Assembly (NCBI GenBank): GCA_964611365.1
Contig: CAZSYS010000004.1
Span: forward strand, 1-37,256
Direction: 5' to 3'
Origin: an uncultured Planctomycetales bacterium
GTDB taxonomy: Bacteria > Planctomycetota > Phycisphaerae > UBA1845 > PWPN01
DNA: 37,256 nt
Shown here piece after piece: positions 17,484-27,026 of this stretch (position 1 is its first letter; each line of letters begins with the position of its first letter). The position numbers and the translations under genes are program-made. The notes under the pieces were generated by a model. It ran no database searches. It was not told the DNA's origin and saw only the letters and a program-made list of their open reading frames with translations.

Positions 17484-19066
17484 AGGAGTACCGTCTGGAG
17501 CCGTGTGACCGAGACAGGTGGGTGAAAACCGCACCGTCCTTCCGTGATTACAACTACCGCCAGCTCTGGGCCTTCGGCCAGGCGTGTGCCCGTCGGGTCG
17601 GCGCGGTCTCCGAGCACGTCGCGGTGGTCAGAGACGGCGAGGTGCTCGGTCTGGCCGATGTCCGGGTCAAGCGTATTCCGTTGATCGGCGGCGGGATCGC
17701 CTATATTAACGGCGGCCCGCTGGTCCGGCGCAACGATCCGTCCGATGGCCGGCGGTTGCTCCAGTGCCTTGCGGCCCTGGAGGCCGAATACGTCCGGCGG
17801 CGCAAGCTGGTCCTGAGGATCGCCTGCCCCCTGGGCCCGCCCGACTGGCTCACCCGGCAGGAGGAGGCACTGGCCGGATGCGGTTTTGCCCCCAACCCCC
17901 GCCTCAGGGCTTACCGGACGCTGGTGGTCGACCTTGACCGGCCCATCGAGGCCATCCGCAGGGGGCTGGACCAGAAGTGGCGCAACTGCCTGAACCGCTC
18001 GGAAAAGAACGGCCTGACCATCCGCAGCGGCGATTCGCAGGACCTGTTTGCCGAGTTCTGCGGCCTATATCGTCAACTTCTGGACCGCAAGGGCTTCGAG
18101 GTCGATCTGGATGCCGACTTCTACGCAGCCGTTCAGGAGCACCTGACCGATGGCCAGCGATTCCTCGTCAGCATCGCGGACTTCAGGGGCCAGGCGGTGG
18201 CCGGCCACGTGGCCAGCATCCTGGGCGACACCTGCGTGTACCTGCTCGGGGCCTCGAGCGCCGAGGGCATGCAGTCCAAGGCCTCTTACATGCTCCAATG
18301 GCACGTTATCCAGACCGCCCGGAGCCGCGGCTGCCGAGCCTACGACCTGGGGGGCATCGATCCCGAGGGCAATCCCGGAGTGTACCACTTCAAGAACGGC
18401 CTGGGCGGGCGGGAACTGGTAGCGGGTCGGGCCCTGGAGAAAGCAGGCAGCCCCGTCTCAGGTGCCGCGGCACGACTGGGCGATACCCTCAGGGCCTGCA
18501 GGTTCAGTGCTACTCGTGATAGGGGTACCGCCGTCTCGTGTCCGCTGGGGTTCCTGGCGATCGTCCTCGCGAACCGGATGCGCCCTAGACCCGCAAACAG
18601 GCACTCCGAGCGAGAAGGCCCAAAGCGTATACTCGCCATATCCTCGGGAGGAGGCCATTGGGTACAGCTCCTTCGCCTGCGACCGGCGTTTGAGGGGCAC
18701 ATGGTGACCTACGTCACCGTGGATGCTGCCTACCGCCTGGATGTACAAGGTGAGCGCTTCAGAACAGTCAATGACGCAACGAGATGGGACAAGGCGGCCT
18801 TGGCTCTCCTCGCACTGCGGGTCTTCCTGTTGTTGGTGAGGCTCAGACCGCATGTGATTGTGTCTACTGGGGCCGCTCCAGGTTACTTCGCAATACGACT
18901 GGGGCGCTGGACAGGGGCCCGGACTATCTGGCTTGACAGCATTGCCAACGTCGAGGAACTTTCTCTATCAGGTCAGCGCGTGGGCAGATATGTGGATCTT
19001 TGGCTTACTCAGTGGTCTCATCTGTCCCGCCCGGAAGGGCCGAAATACGCGGGGACGGTGCTTTGA
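17480..19066 (+). CDS. FemAB-like (PEP-CTERM-locus type) domain in frame with an Alg14/PssD-like glycosyltransferase subunit
   Basis: aa 1-~320: NYRQLWAFG, LDQKWRNCLNRSEKNGL, YLLGASSAEGMQSKASYMLQWHVIQTARSRGCRAYDLGGI, GVYHFKNGLGG (FemAB/methicillin-resistance family pattern). aa ~380-528: RILAISSGGGHWVQLLRL...VIVSTGAAPGYFAIRL...WLDSIANVEELSLSG (Alg14/PssD pattern). There is no stop codon between the two parts. ATGA overlap with the upstream CE4 gene. Confidence 0.8.
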   Translation: MKEYRLEPCDRDRWVKTAPSFRDYNYRQLWAFGQACARRVGAVSEHVAVVRDGEVLGLADVRVKRIPLIGGGIAYINGGPLVRRNDPSDGRRLLQCLAALEAEYVRRRKLVLRIACPLGPPDWLTRQEEALAGCGFAPNPRLRAYRTLVVDLDRPIEAIRRGLDQKWRNCLNRSEKNGLTIRSGDSQDLFAEFCGLYRQLLDRKGFEVDLDADFYAAVQEHLTDGQRFLVSIADFRGQAVAGHVASILGDTCVYLLGASSAEGMQSKASYMLQWHVIQTARSRGCRAYDLGGIDPEGNPGVYHFKNGLGGRELVAGRALEKAGSPVSGAAARLGDTLRACRFSATRDRGTAVSCPLGFLAIVLANRMRPRPANRHSEREGPKRILAISSGGGHWVQLLRLRPAFEGHMVTYVTVDAAYRLDVQGERFRTVNDATRWDKAALALLALRVFLLLVRLRPHVIVSTGAAPGYFAIRLGRWTGARTIWLDSIANVEELSLSGQRVGRYVDLWLTQWSHLSRPEGPKYAGTVL

Positions 19067-19602
19067 TCTTCGTGACGGTCGGAGCGCAGCTTCCCTTTGA
19101 CCGGCTCGTACGAGCCGTGGATGAGTGGGCCCGGAAGGCTAGTCGGGGGGATGTGGTTGCTCAAATTGGGCGGGGCGGCTGGCGCCCCAGGCACTTTCCC
19201 TGGACGGAATTCCTTAATCCGGAGGAATTCCGTGCCCACGTTGAATCTGCGTCGGTGATTGTATCTCATGCCGGTATTGGCTCGATCCTGATCGCTCTAG
19301 AGCACCAGAAGCCAATCTTGGTGATGCCGCGGCGGGGCGACCTGCGCGAGACCCGCAACGACCATCAGTTGGCGACCGCACGGCGTTTTCGCGAATTGGG
19401 CAAGATCGAGACGGCCCTTGACGAAGAAGAACTGCATCAGAGGCTTGAAGCGATCTCCAGGCTGCGGGAAGGCGGCCCCATCGGACCCTTTGCCTCTCCT
19501 CAGCTTATCCAGGCGGTGCGGCGGTTCATCACGGAGGCGGGAGTGATCACGGCTCTGGCCTGCCTCGCCGCGACGCCTCCTGGCGGGGGAGTCTCCCCAT
19601 GA
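19063..19602 (+). CDS. Alg13/PssE-like glycosyltransferase subunit (GT28 C-terminal domain)
   Basis: TTG 19063 gives (M)IFVTVGAQLPFDRL, the classic N-terminus of this family. It overlaps the Alg14-like stop as TTGA. Also present: VSHAGIGSILIALEHQKPILVMPR and NDHQLATARRF. ATG 19000 is an unlikely alternative. Confidence 0.8.
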   Translation: MIFVTVGAQLPFDRLVRAVDEWARKASRGDVVAQIGRGGWRPRHFPWTEFLNPEEFRAHVESASVIVSHAGIGSILIALEHQKPILVMPRRGDLRETRNDHQLATARRFRELGKIETALDEEELHQRLEAISRLREGGPIGPFASPQLIQAVRRFITEAGVITALACLAATPPGGGVSP

Positions 19603-20477
19603 TCAGCATCATTATTCCCGCTCACAACGAGGAAGCCGTGATTGCGCGGTGCCTGCGGTCGATTCTCGATGGTGCCGATCCGCTGGAGCTTGAGGTGATC
19701 GTTGCCTGCAACGGCTGCACGGATCGAACAGCCGAAGTCGCCCGCCAGTTCGGAGAGCCCGTACGGGTCATCACAGTGCGAAAGGCGTCCAAGACTGCCG
19801 CCTTGAATGTTGCCGACTGTCTGGCCCGCGGTTTTCCGCGGTTCTACGTCGACGCCGATGTCGTTCTGACGATCGATGCAATCAGGAGGATCGCGGATCT
19901 TCTTGAGCAAGGGGGAGGTCTCGTTGCTTGGCCAGAACCGCGGACTGACCTTTCGCGGTCTTCATGGCCCGTCCGCGCCTTCTATGCCGTCTGGGCCCGC
20001 CTGCCCTACAACAGGTCGCACGGCTACGTTGGGGCCGGCGTCTACGCGCTCTCCCGCGAGGGACGGGCGAGGTTTGACCGCTTTCCCCACGTCATCAACG
20101 ACGACGGCTTCGTGCGATTCCTCTTTCAGCCCGCTGAGCGTGTCTCGGCGGTGGATGCCTGCTGCCAGGTGCAGGCGCCTGAGACCCTCGCGGACCTTAT
20201 TCGGGTGAAGACCCGCGTGCGCCGCGGACAGTACGAGCTGGGCCGGCGCTTTCCGATGATGCCTAACCGCGAGCGGAAAAACTGGAGAACTTTAGCCGGC
20301 GTGTGTGTCTCGCGGCCGTGGTTGGTGCTCTGCCTGCCCGTATATGTCGGGGTGACGCTGCTGGTGAAGTGGCGGGCACGAGCGGAGATGTCATGGGGCG
20401 CGGGCGTCTGGGAACGGGACGAATCTTCGCGACGCGCGTTGGACGGCAGCGAGACGGCTGGTGGAGAACGGGCATGA
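19599..20477 (+). CDS. Family 2 glycosyltransferase
   Basis: MISIIIPAHNEEAVIARCLRSIL, VIVACNGCTDRTAEVA, KTAALN and YVDADV (DxD). ATGA overlap with the upstream gene. A C-terminal TM segment is present. Confidence 0.85.
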   Translation: MISIIIPAHNEEAVIARCLRSILDGADPLELEVIVACNGCTDRTAEVARQFGEPVRVITVRKASKTAALNVADCLARGFPRFYVDADVVLTIDAIRRIADLLEQGGGLVAWPEPRTDLSRSSWPVRAFYAVWARLPYNRSHGYVGAGVYALSREGRARFDRFPHVINDDGFVRFLFQPAERVSAVDACCQVQAPETLADLIRVKTRVRRGQYELGRRFPMMPNRERKNWRTLAGVCVSRPWLVLCLPVYVGVTLLVKWRARAEMSWGAGVWERDESSRRALDGSETAGGERA

Positions 20478-20580
20478 GTACCGGTCCTGGGCAATGCCGG
20501 GTTTGGGTGACATAATATAGTCGCCTTTAAACAGCGATTCTCGGCGAAGGCTTCCGGGTTTTGCAGATGAGCCCTGCGAG
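20478..20580 (+). promoter_or_regulatory. AT-richer intergenic spacer, candidate internal promoter for the flippase operon
   Basis: This 103-nt gap follows a run of overlapping genes. It contains GGTGACATAATATAGTCGCCTTTAAACAGCG, the most AT-rich stretch in this part of the locus, with TATAAT-like hexamers (CATAAT / TAATAT). Confidence 0.3.
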
Positions 20581-22089
20581 ATGACGCGTCCGCAACGCAG
20601 CAACGTAAGCTCTCAAGGAAAGGGCCAGCCCTGTGGGCGCGACCTGCTTGCGCGCTGCCTGCGCGCAGGCAGCATTCTGGCCGTGAGCAGCGGCGTAGCG
20701 CAGGGCGCGCGGCTGCTCCGGAACATCATTCTGGCCCGTATCCTGGCACCCGACCAGTTCGGCCTGATGGCCCTGGTGCTTGCGGCGAGCCTCCTGTTCG
20801 AATCACTCACCGAGGTCGGAATCCGCCAGGCGATTGTTCAGAGCCGGCGTGGGGACACCCTCGGATACCTCAACGCTGCGTGGTGGTTCAGTGCGACCCG
20901 AGGCGTACTCCTTTACGCTCTGGGCGTCTGGAGCTCCCCCTGGATCGCGGCCTTCTACGAAGAACCGGGACTCACGCCGCTGCTGCAGGTTGCCTTCCTC
21001 ACGATGGCGTTCTCCGGATTCACCAGCCCGCGGCTGTATGTCCTTGAGAAGCGGCTGGAATTCGGCAAGTATGTATGGATCACCCAGGGGGCGGGACTTG
21101 CCGGTACGCTGATCAGCCTGTTGATGGTGACGGTATTCCCGAATGTGTGGGCCCTGGTGATCGGATTCGTCGGCGAGGCCGTCAGCCGGTGTCTTGCATC
21201 GTTCGTCTTCTGCCCCATGCGCCCGAGGCTCCTGTTCGATCAGGCATCGGCACGTGAGTTGCTCAGGTTTTCCCGCGGGATGATCGGGCTGCCGCTGCTG
21301 ACCTTCGTCGTGATGCAGGCCGACGTTTTTGTGCTCGGCAAGGTCTGCAGCAGGGACGACCTGGGGATGTATACGCTGGCGCTGTCGCTGGCACAGACTC
21401 CCGTGACGCTCTTCTCCAGGGTCGTCCAGCCGCTGATTCTGCCCGTGCTCTCCGAGGCCCAGGATGACCTCCCTCGAATGTGGCACCATCTTCTGCGGAT
21501 GAACCGGTCCATCCTGCTGTTCGGCTTTCCGGTTTCCTGCCTGCTGGCGGTGTTTGCGCCGGCGGTCCTGAAGGCATGCTACGGTCCTTCCTATGAGGTG
21601 ATGTCGCCGGTGTTGGCGATCCTCTCCTTCTACTTTCTTCTGCAGCTGATCAACATCCCTGTAGCCTCGGCGTACCTGGCTCTGGGGCGGCCAGCCCTGC
21701 ATCGCCGCTTCACCATGCTCCGGCTCGTGCTCATCGGACTCACGATTTATCCAGCAGCCTCCCTGTATGGGACCACGGGCGTCGCGGCAGACCTGCTGGG
21801 CTGCCTCGCTGTCGCCACTGGTTTTCAGCTGGTCGTTCTTGGCCGAGCTCTGGCCATGCCTGCAGCCTCCTATGCGGCAAGCGGAACGGAGGGCGTTGTG
21901 GTCGGGGCGGTGCTGTCTCTCCTCGCGTGGGGCCTGTGCCCGCATCTGCCGGGCAGCGTGCTGACGCAGCTGGCGCTCGCCGGTCTGCTCGGGACTGGCT
22001 CAGCCGTCCTCGGTCTGCATCTCATTCGAAGTCGCCCGGGCGGCTTCACCGCTGCTCCCGGCTGCCCGGTCGCGTCGAAGGAACCGTGA
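20581..22089 (+). CDS. Oligosaccharide flippase (Wzx-like, MOP superfamily polysaccharide biosynthesis protein)
   Basis: About 12-14 predicted TM segments. The N-terminal pattern GVAQGARLLRNIILARILAPDQFGLMALVL...GIRQAIVQ is typical of PST/Wzx flippases. Confidence 0.83.
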   Translation: MTRPQRSNVSSQGKGQPCGRDLLARCLRAGSILAVSSGVAQGARLLRNIILARILAPDQFGLMALVLAASLLFESLTEVGIRQAIVQSRRGDTLGYLNAAWWFSATRGVLLYALGVWSSPWIAAFYEEPGLTPLLQVAFLTMAFSGFTSPRLYVLEKRLEFGKYVWITQGAGLAGTLISLLMVTVFPNVWALVIGFVGEAVSRCLASFVFCPMRPRLLFDQASARELLRFSRGMIGLPLLTFVVMQADVFVLGKVCSRDDLGMYTLALSLAQTPVTLFSRVVQPLILPVLSEAQDDLPRMWHHLLRMNRSILLFGFPVSCLLAVFAPAVLKACYGPSYEVMSPVLAILSFYFLLQLINIPVASAYLALGRPALHRRFTMLRLVLIGLTIYPAASLYGTTGVAADLLGCLAVATGFQLVVLGRALAMPAASYAASGTEGVVVGAVLSLLAWGLCPHLPGSVLTQLALAGLLGTGSAVLGLHLIRSRPGGFTAAPGCPVASKEP

Positions 22090-23444
22090 GTTCTTCCCAA
22101 TCCAACCCGCCCCATTTCATCGTGATGGGGGCCTCGCTGGACAGCGGCAACCTGGGGGTCAGTGCCCTTCTCGCGTCCACCGTGAAGTGCATCCTTCAGG
22201 CACGACCCGGCGCGAGAATCAGCCTTCTGGAGGGCGCCAGGCAGCCGGACACGCCGCAGGTGGTCCTGGCCGACGGCCATGCGGTCCGCCTGGAACGCGT
22301 GGGCGTCCGCCGCAACAAGACGGTCTGGCGGTCGAATCATCTCCTGCGCCTGCTGGCCACCGCGTGCATGATCCGGATGCTGCCGGTCGGTGCGTGGCGC
22401 CGAAGACTGACCCGCAGGAACCGCTGTCTGAGGCTGATCTCGGAGGCCGAATGCATCGCGGACATCACCGGGGGCGACAGCTTCAGCGACATCTATGGAT
22501 TTGCGCGTCTGCTGTTCGGGGTGCTGGAGAAGCTGCTGATTCTGGCCGCAGGCGCCGATCTTGTGCTTCTTCCGCAGACCTACGGCCCGTTCCGGGCGAG
22601 GGCCAGCCGGGCGCTGGCCCGGCTGGTTCTTTCCCGGGCTTGGGCAGTCTACGCCCGGGACCGTGAGAGCATCGAAACCATTGAGCGGCTCATCGGCGGA
22701 CGCGGCATGAGGTGCGTTCCCGGGGTGGTCCCTGACGTTGCCTTCGTGCTGGACCCCAGACCGCCGGCGGCGATTCGGGCAACGCCTCGGCTGCCTGGAG
22801 CCGGCGAGTGTGATTGCCTGGTCGGCTTCAACGTCAGCGGCCTCCTGTACAACGGGGGCTACACGCGGAACAACATGTTCGGACTCCGATCGGACTACCG
22901 TTCGACGGTTGAGGCGGTGGGCGAGGCCCTTCTGAGGCGGGATGGAACGTCGCTTCTGCTGGTACCTCACGTCTTCACCCCTTCCGGTCACGTCGAAAGC
23001 GATCCCGATGCCTGCCGGTGGCTGTATGACGCCCTGGAACCTCGTTTTCCCGGGCGCGTGTTCCTGCTGGAAGGCGAGTATGACCAGAGCGAGATCAAGC
23101 ACGTGATCGGCCGCTGCGGTTTTTTCGTCGGGTCCCGGATGCACGCCTGCATCGCCGCCGCCTCCCAGGGGATCGCCACAGCTCCGATGGCCTACAGCAG
23201 GAAGTTCGCCGGCGTCTTCGATCTCCTTGATGCGAAAGACTGCGTGGTCGACCTGCGCGATCGATCGACCGACCAGGCGGTTCGGGACGTGATAGAGGTG
23301 TTTGATCGGCGAGCCTCCGTGGCCGCCGGCCTGGACCGGAGGCTGCCCGCCGTCCGGGAGGCGTTGCGCGCGGTCTTCGCGACGACACCGGCACCTGAAC
23401 GCCCATCGGCCGTCGCAGATCTGACGGTAGGAGTGATGAGTTGA
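22086..23444 (+). CDS. Polysaccharide pyruvyl transferase family protein
   Basis: GTG 22086 overlaps the flippase stop (GTGA). Motifs: [78 protein letters not shown] (WcaK/CsaB-like pattern). Confidence 0.85.
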   Translation: MSSSQSNPPHFIVMGASLDSGNLGVSALLASTVKCILQARPGARISLLEGARQPDTPQVVLADGHAVRLERVGVRRNKTVWRSNHLLRLLATACMIRMLPVGAWRRRLTRRNRCLRLISEAECIADITGGDSFSDIYGFARLLFGVLEKLLILAAGADLVLLPQTYGPFRARASRALARLVLSRAWAVYARDRESIETIERLIGGRGMRCVPGVVPDVAFVLDPRPPAAIRATPRLPGAGECDCLVGFNVSGLLYNGGYTRNNMFGLRSDYRSTVEAVGEALLRRDGTSLLLVPHVFTPSGHVESDPDACRWLYDALEPRFPGRVFLLEGEYDQSEIKHVIGRCGFFVGSRMHACIAAASQGIATAPMAYSRKFAGVFDLLDAKDCVVDLRDRSTDQAVRDVIEVFDRRASVAAGLDRRLPAVREALRAVFATTPAPERPSAVADLTVGVMS

Positions 23445-24106
23445 CGGGCGCACTGCTCCACGGCCTCTACCGGGTGGCGGGGCGGAGATCGCGATCGATC
23501 ATTGTCAGGGTTGTCGCACGGATGGAAGGCGGCGAGATGCGATCTCTCACGCTGCGCCGTATCTTCGCCGATTACCACGATGTGGTGATCGGGCTCTATA
23601 GCTACGGATGCTTCCGTCCGGCCGACATTCCCCCCGGAACGCGAATCGGCCGGTACTGCTCGTTCGCCTCGGGGGTGACCGTCTTCAACGCCAATCACCC
23701 GCTCGAGCGCCCTTCCCTCCACCCGTTCTTCTACAATCCGGTACTCGGGGTGGTGAAGCGGGAAACGATCGAACGGCGCGGGCTCACCGTGGGGCACGAT
23801 GTCTGGGTGGGGCGCAACGCCCTGATCACGCCTGCGGTGCGGAACATCGGCAATGGGGCGGTGGTCGGCGCGGGGGCCGTTGTCACGAGGGATGTTCCGC
23901 CATACGCCGTGGTCGCCGGGAACCCGGCCAGAATCATCAGGTTCCGGTTTTCGGAAGAAGTGCAACAGAGGCTCGAGCATTCCCGGTGGTGGGAGAAGTC
24001 GATCGAGGAGCTGTCTCTCGATGCAGACGCTTTCCTTGTTCCGGCCGAGGAATGGTGCAGGGCGACTCCTGTCAGCCATCCGTGCCTGAGGGAGACGGTG
24101 GCCTGA
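23441..24106 (+). CDS. Hexapeptide-repeat (left-handed beta-helix) acetyltransferase
   Basis: [73 protein letters not shown] (Vat/CatB-like O-acetyltransferase pattern). TTG 23441 overlaps the upstream stop (TTGA). ATG 23521 is an alternative start. Confidence 0.8.
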   Translation: MTGALLHGLYRVAGRRSRSIIVRVVARMEGGEMRSLTLRRIFADYHDVVIGLYSYGCFRPADIPPGTRIGRYCSFASGVTVFNANHPLERPSLHPFFYNPVLGVVKRETIERRGLTVGHDVWVGRNALITPAVRNIGNGAVVGAGAVVTRDVPPYAVVAGNPARIIRFRFSEEVQQRLEHSRWWEKSIEELSLDADAFLVPAEEWCRATPVSHPCLRETVA

Positions 24107-24125
24107 GCGGCCGGCCGCAATAGCG

Positions 24126-25481
24126 ATGTTCCGTCGCCTGGAGGTCCTGAATATCAAGGATGTCGCCGAGTACCAGCTGTGCTGCGGCTGCGGGGCCTGC
24201 GCCTACATCAGCCCCGAGGAGATCCGCATGGTAGATGCGGTGGATTACGGCCGCCGGCCGTACCTGGCCCACGGCGAACCAGCGGATCCGCGCTCGGCCG
24301 AGGCCATGAAGGTCTGCCCGGGCATCGAACTGGAGCACACCTTCGACCGCAAGGATCCCGGCCTGATCCGGGAGCTTCTGGATGCCTGGGGCCCGATCCG
24401 CCAGGTGTGGGAAGGCCACGCCACCGATCCGGAGATCCGGTTCGTCGGCTCCAGCGGCGGTGTCGCCACCGCCTTGGCGCTGTACTGCCTGGAACACGAG
24501 GGCTTCTACGGCGTCCTCCACACCCGGGCCCGGCGGGATGCACCGTATCTCAACGAAACGGTCCTCAGCCGAACGAGAGAGGAGCTGCTCGCCGGGGCCG
24601 GATCGCGATATGCCCCGGCCAGCCCCTGCGACGGCCTGCGGATGATCGAAGAGGCTCCCGGACCATGCGTGTTCATCGGCAAGCCTTGCGATGTGGCAGC
24701 CGTGCAGAAAGCCCGCAGGCTGCGGCCCGCGCTGGATGAGAAGGTCGGCCTGACCATCGCGTTCTTCTGCGCGGGCACCCCCTCGACGCGGGGCACGCTG
24801 GAAATGCTCAAGGCCATGGGCGTCACCGACCCGGCCACGGTCACCGGTCTCCGCTACCGCGGCCACGGCTGGCCGGGCCGGGCAAGGGTCTCGTGGTCCG
24901 AGGGCGACCACGAGCGCACGGCGGAAATGAGCTACGAGGACTCCTGGGGGATGTTGACGAAGTACGTCCAGTGGCGCTGCCGGCTGTGCCCGGATCACAC
25001 GGGCGAATTCGCCGACGTGGCCGTCGGAGATCCGTGGTGGCGGATGCGCTGTGGGGAAGAAGCCGGGCGGTCACTGGCCTTGGCGAGGACATCAGCGGGG
25101 CAACGGAAGCTGAGCGCAGCCGTAGGTGTTGGCCTTGTGGGGATGACCGTCGGTAAGCCCAACCTGCTCGTAACCTCGCAGCCCAACCTGCTTCGGGCCC
25201 GCGCAGCCGTCTGGGGCCGGCTACTTGCCCTTCGGCTGACGAGAACCCCGCGCCCAGTTCTCGTCGGTCTGCCCACGCTGCGGAGCTGGCTAGGGGAATT
25301 GGGCCTTGACGAGCGGGTGCGGTCGATCCTCGGCACCATTCGAAGAGTGTATCGGCGGGGTGTTCGTTGCCGGACACCGTCGACGGCAGATGAACCTTTA
25401 ACCTCTGCGGTCAGGAGCGGAGCTCGGCAGTCGGAGCCTGGCACCCCGACCGCCATTTCTCGGTGCTTGCGAAGCCGCTAG
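24126..25481 (+). CDS. Coenzyme F420 hydrogenase/dehydrogenase beta subunit-like (FrhB/FdhB family) protein
   Basis: N-terminal Cys cluster CCGCGAC...CP, SSGGVATALALYCLE, RYAPASP, FIGKPCDV, AFFCAGTPS and YRGHGWPG are characteristic of the FrhB_FdhB N/C domains. This family is a common neighbour of pyruvyl transferases in polysaccharide loci. Confidence 0.8.
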   Translation: MFRRLEVLNIKDVAEYQLCCGCGACAYISPEEIRMVDAVDYGRRPYLAHGEPADPRSAEAMKVCPGIELEHTFDRKDPGLIRELLDAWGPIRQVWEGHATDPEIRFVGSSGGVATALALYCLEHEGFYGVLHTRARRDAPYLNETVLSRTREELLAGAGSRYAPASPCDGLRMIEEAPGPCVFIGKPCDVAAVQKARRLRPALDEKVGLTIAFFCAGTPSTRGTLEMLKAMGVTDPATVTGLRYRGHGWPGRARVSWSEGDHERTAEMSYEDSWGMLTKYVQWRCRLCPDHTGEFADVAVGDPWWRMRCGEEAGRSLALARTSAGQRKLSAAVGVGLVGMTVGKPNLLVTSQPNLLRARAAVWGRLLALRLTRTPRPVLVGLPTLRSWLGELGLDERVRSILGTIRRVYRRGVRCRTPSTADEPLTSAVRSGARQSEPGTPTAISRCLRSR

Positions 25482-25561
25482 ACCACCAGGGGCGACGACA
25501 ACGGGGGAACGCCTGAGGCCGCGGGCAGAGAATCCGACGACGGCGAGCGGCGCTCGTCGCG

Positions 25562-26956
25562 TTGCGGCGGAGCCGGCATAGCTTGGACAGGCAGGCAGAA
25601 GTCTTCAATATTGAATGGGCTGACAAGACCAATCTGCATCCGGTTGGACTTGCGGCGATTGCTGTCCTCGGGCTGGCGACCCTGGTGCTGCCAAGGCGGT
25701 ACGCAGCGATGCCAATTCTCATCATGGCCTGCTTCGTGGCACCGGCCCAGCGGATCGTCGTGGCCACACTGGACTTCAACCTTCTGAGGATCATGGTGCT
25801 TTTCTGTTGGATGCGCGTTCTTGCGCGCGGCGAGTCCGCCGCGATACGATGGCAAGCCCTCGACAAGGCCGTCATCCTCTGGGCGGTCACCTCGATCATC
25901 TGCCATACGGCGCTGCACGGAACACTGGCCGCAATGATCAATCGGCTTGGTTTCGCCTTTGATGCGCTCGGCATGTACTTCATGTTTCGGTGCCTCATCC
26001 GCGATTGGAGCGATGTGGGCCATGTCGCTATGGGGCTCATCCTCCTGAGTATTCCGGTCGCCGTCGCGTTCAGCATCGAGCGCAGCACCGGCCACAACGC
26101 GTTCGCTTTCCTGGGCGGCGTACCGGAGATCACGATGATTCGCCAGGGGAGACTCCGCTGTCAGGGCGCCTTCGCCCACCCGATCCTCGCGGGTTGCTTC
26201 TGGGCGGCGGCCATGCCGCTCATGGCCGCCTATGGATTCAGTGGAGTGCACCGGTGGAGATGGGTGGCCGTCGGCATTCTGGCGGGAGGCTTCATTATCT
26301 TGGCATGCGCTTCGAGCACTCCGGTAACCGGAGCGTTCTGTGCTGGCGTCGGGGCTGCAGCCTTCATCCTGCGATGGCGCATGAGGGCTGTTCTCGCAGG
26401 CATCGTGGCGACCCTGATTGCTATCCATGTCAGCTGGAGGATGCCGGTCTGGTACCTCCTGGCCAAAGTAGACCTTGTCGGCGGCTCAACAGGATGGCAT
26501 CGCTACTGGCTGATCGACGTGACGATCAGGCATTTCAATGACTGGTGGCTCATGGGCACCAAGTCACCCGCGCTTTGGAGCCCCTTGGGCTATCTGGATG
26601 TAACCAATCAGTACGTCCTTGAGGCCATCAACGGTGGACTCTTGACGCTCACGTTCTTCGTATCGATGATCGTACTGGCGTTTTCCGCGGTGGGGCATAC
26701 TTGGCGGCGGGAACGTCGCGATCAACGCCGCGTAGCGATGGCCTGGCTGCTGGGAGTCTCGCTGTTTGTCCATTGCGCCAACTTTGTCGCTGTGTCCTAT
26801 TTCGGACAGATCATCGTCCTTTGGTACCTGAGCCTGGCCCTGATCGCGGGCATGCGCGGCTGTGGCGGATCCCACATTGTCAGGACCGCGGGTGTCAGGG
26901 CGAGAAGTGCAGGTGGACCCTCGGCCCGGCCCGCACTGGTCCTTCATTCGGTGTGA
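25562..26956 (+). CDS. O-antigen polymerase/ligase-like (Wzy-type) polytopic membrane protein
   Basis: About 10-12 TM segments. A loop RQGRLRCQGAFAHPILAGCFWAAAMP resembles the Wzy_C R..G...hPN motif. GC is lower than in neighbouring genes. The start (TTG 25562) is uncertain. Confidence 0.65.
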   Translation: MRRSRHSLDRQAEVFNIEWADKTNLHPVGLAAIAVLGLATLVLPRRYAAMPILIMACFVAPAQRIVVATLDFNLLRIMVLFCWMRVLARGESAAIRWQALDKAVILWAVTSIICHTALHGTLAAMINRLGFAFDALGMYFMFRCLIRDWSDVGHVAMGLILLSIPVAVAFSIERSTGHNAFAFLGGVPEITMIRQGRLRCQGAFAHPILAGCFWAAAMPLMAAYGFSGVHRWRWVAVGILAGGFIILACASSTPVTGAFCAGVGAAAFILRWRMRAVLAGIVATLIAIHVSWRMPVWYLLAKVDLVGGSTGWHRYWLIDVTIRHFNDWWLMGTKSPALWSPLGYLDVTNQYVLEAINGGLLTLTFFVSMIVLAFSAVGHTWRRERRDQRRVAMAWLLGVSLFVHCANFVAVSYFGQIIVLWYLSLALIAGMRGCGGSHIVRTAGVRARSAGGPSARPALVLHSV

Positions 26957-27026
26957 GGAATGTCGCCGCGTCGCCGTGCGGGCATGCTGATCCTAAGGCC
27001 TATAGCGCCGGATAAGGGCGCATGAC

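Noticed and set aside
21870-23453. 527-aa - strand ORF opposite the pyruvyl transferase
   Set aside because: Shadow ORF. The + strand product has the full set of pyruvyl transferase motifs.
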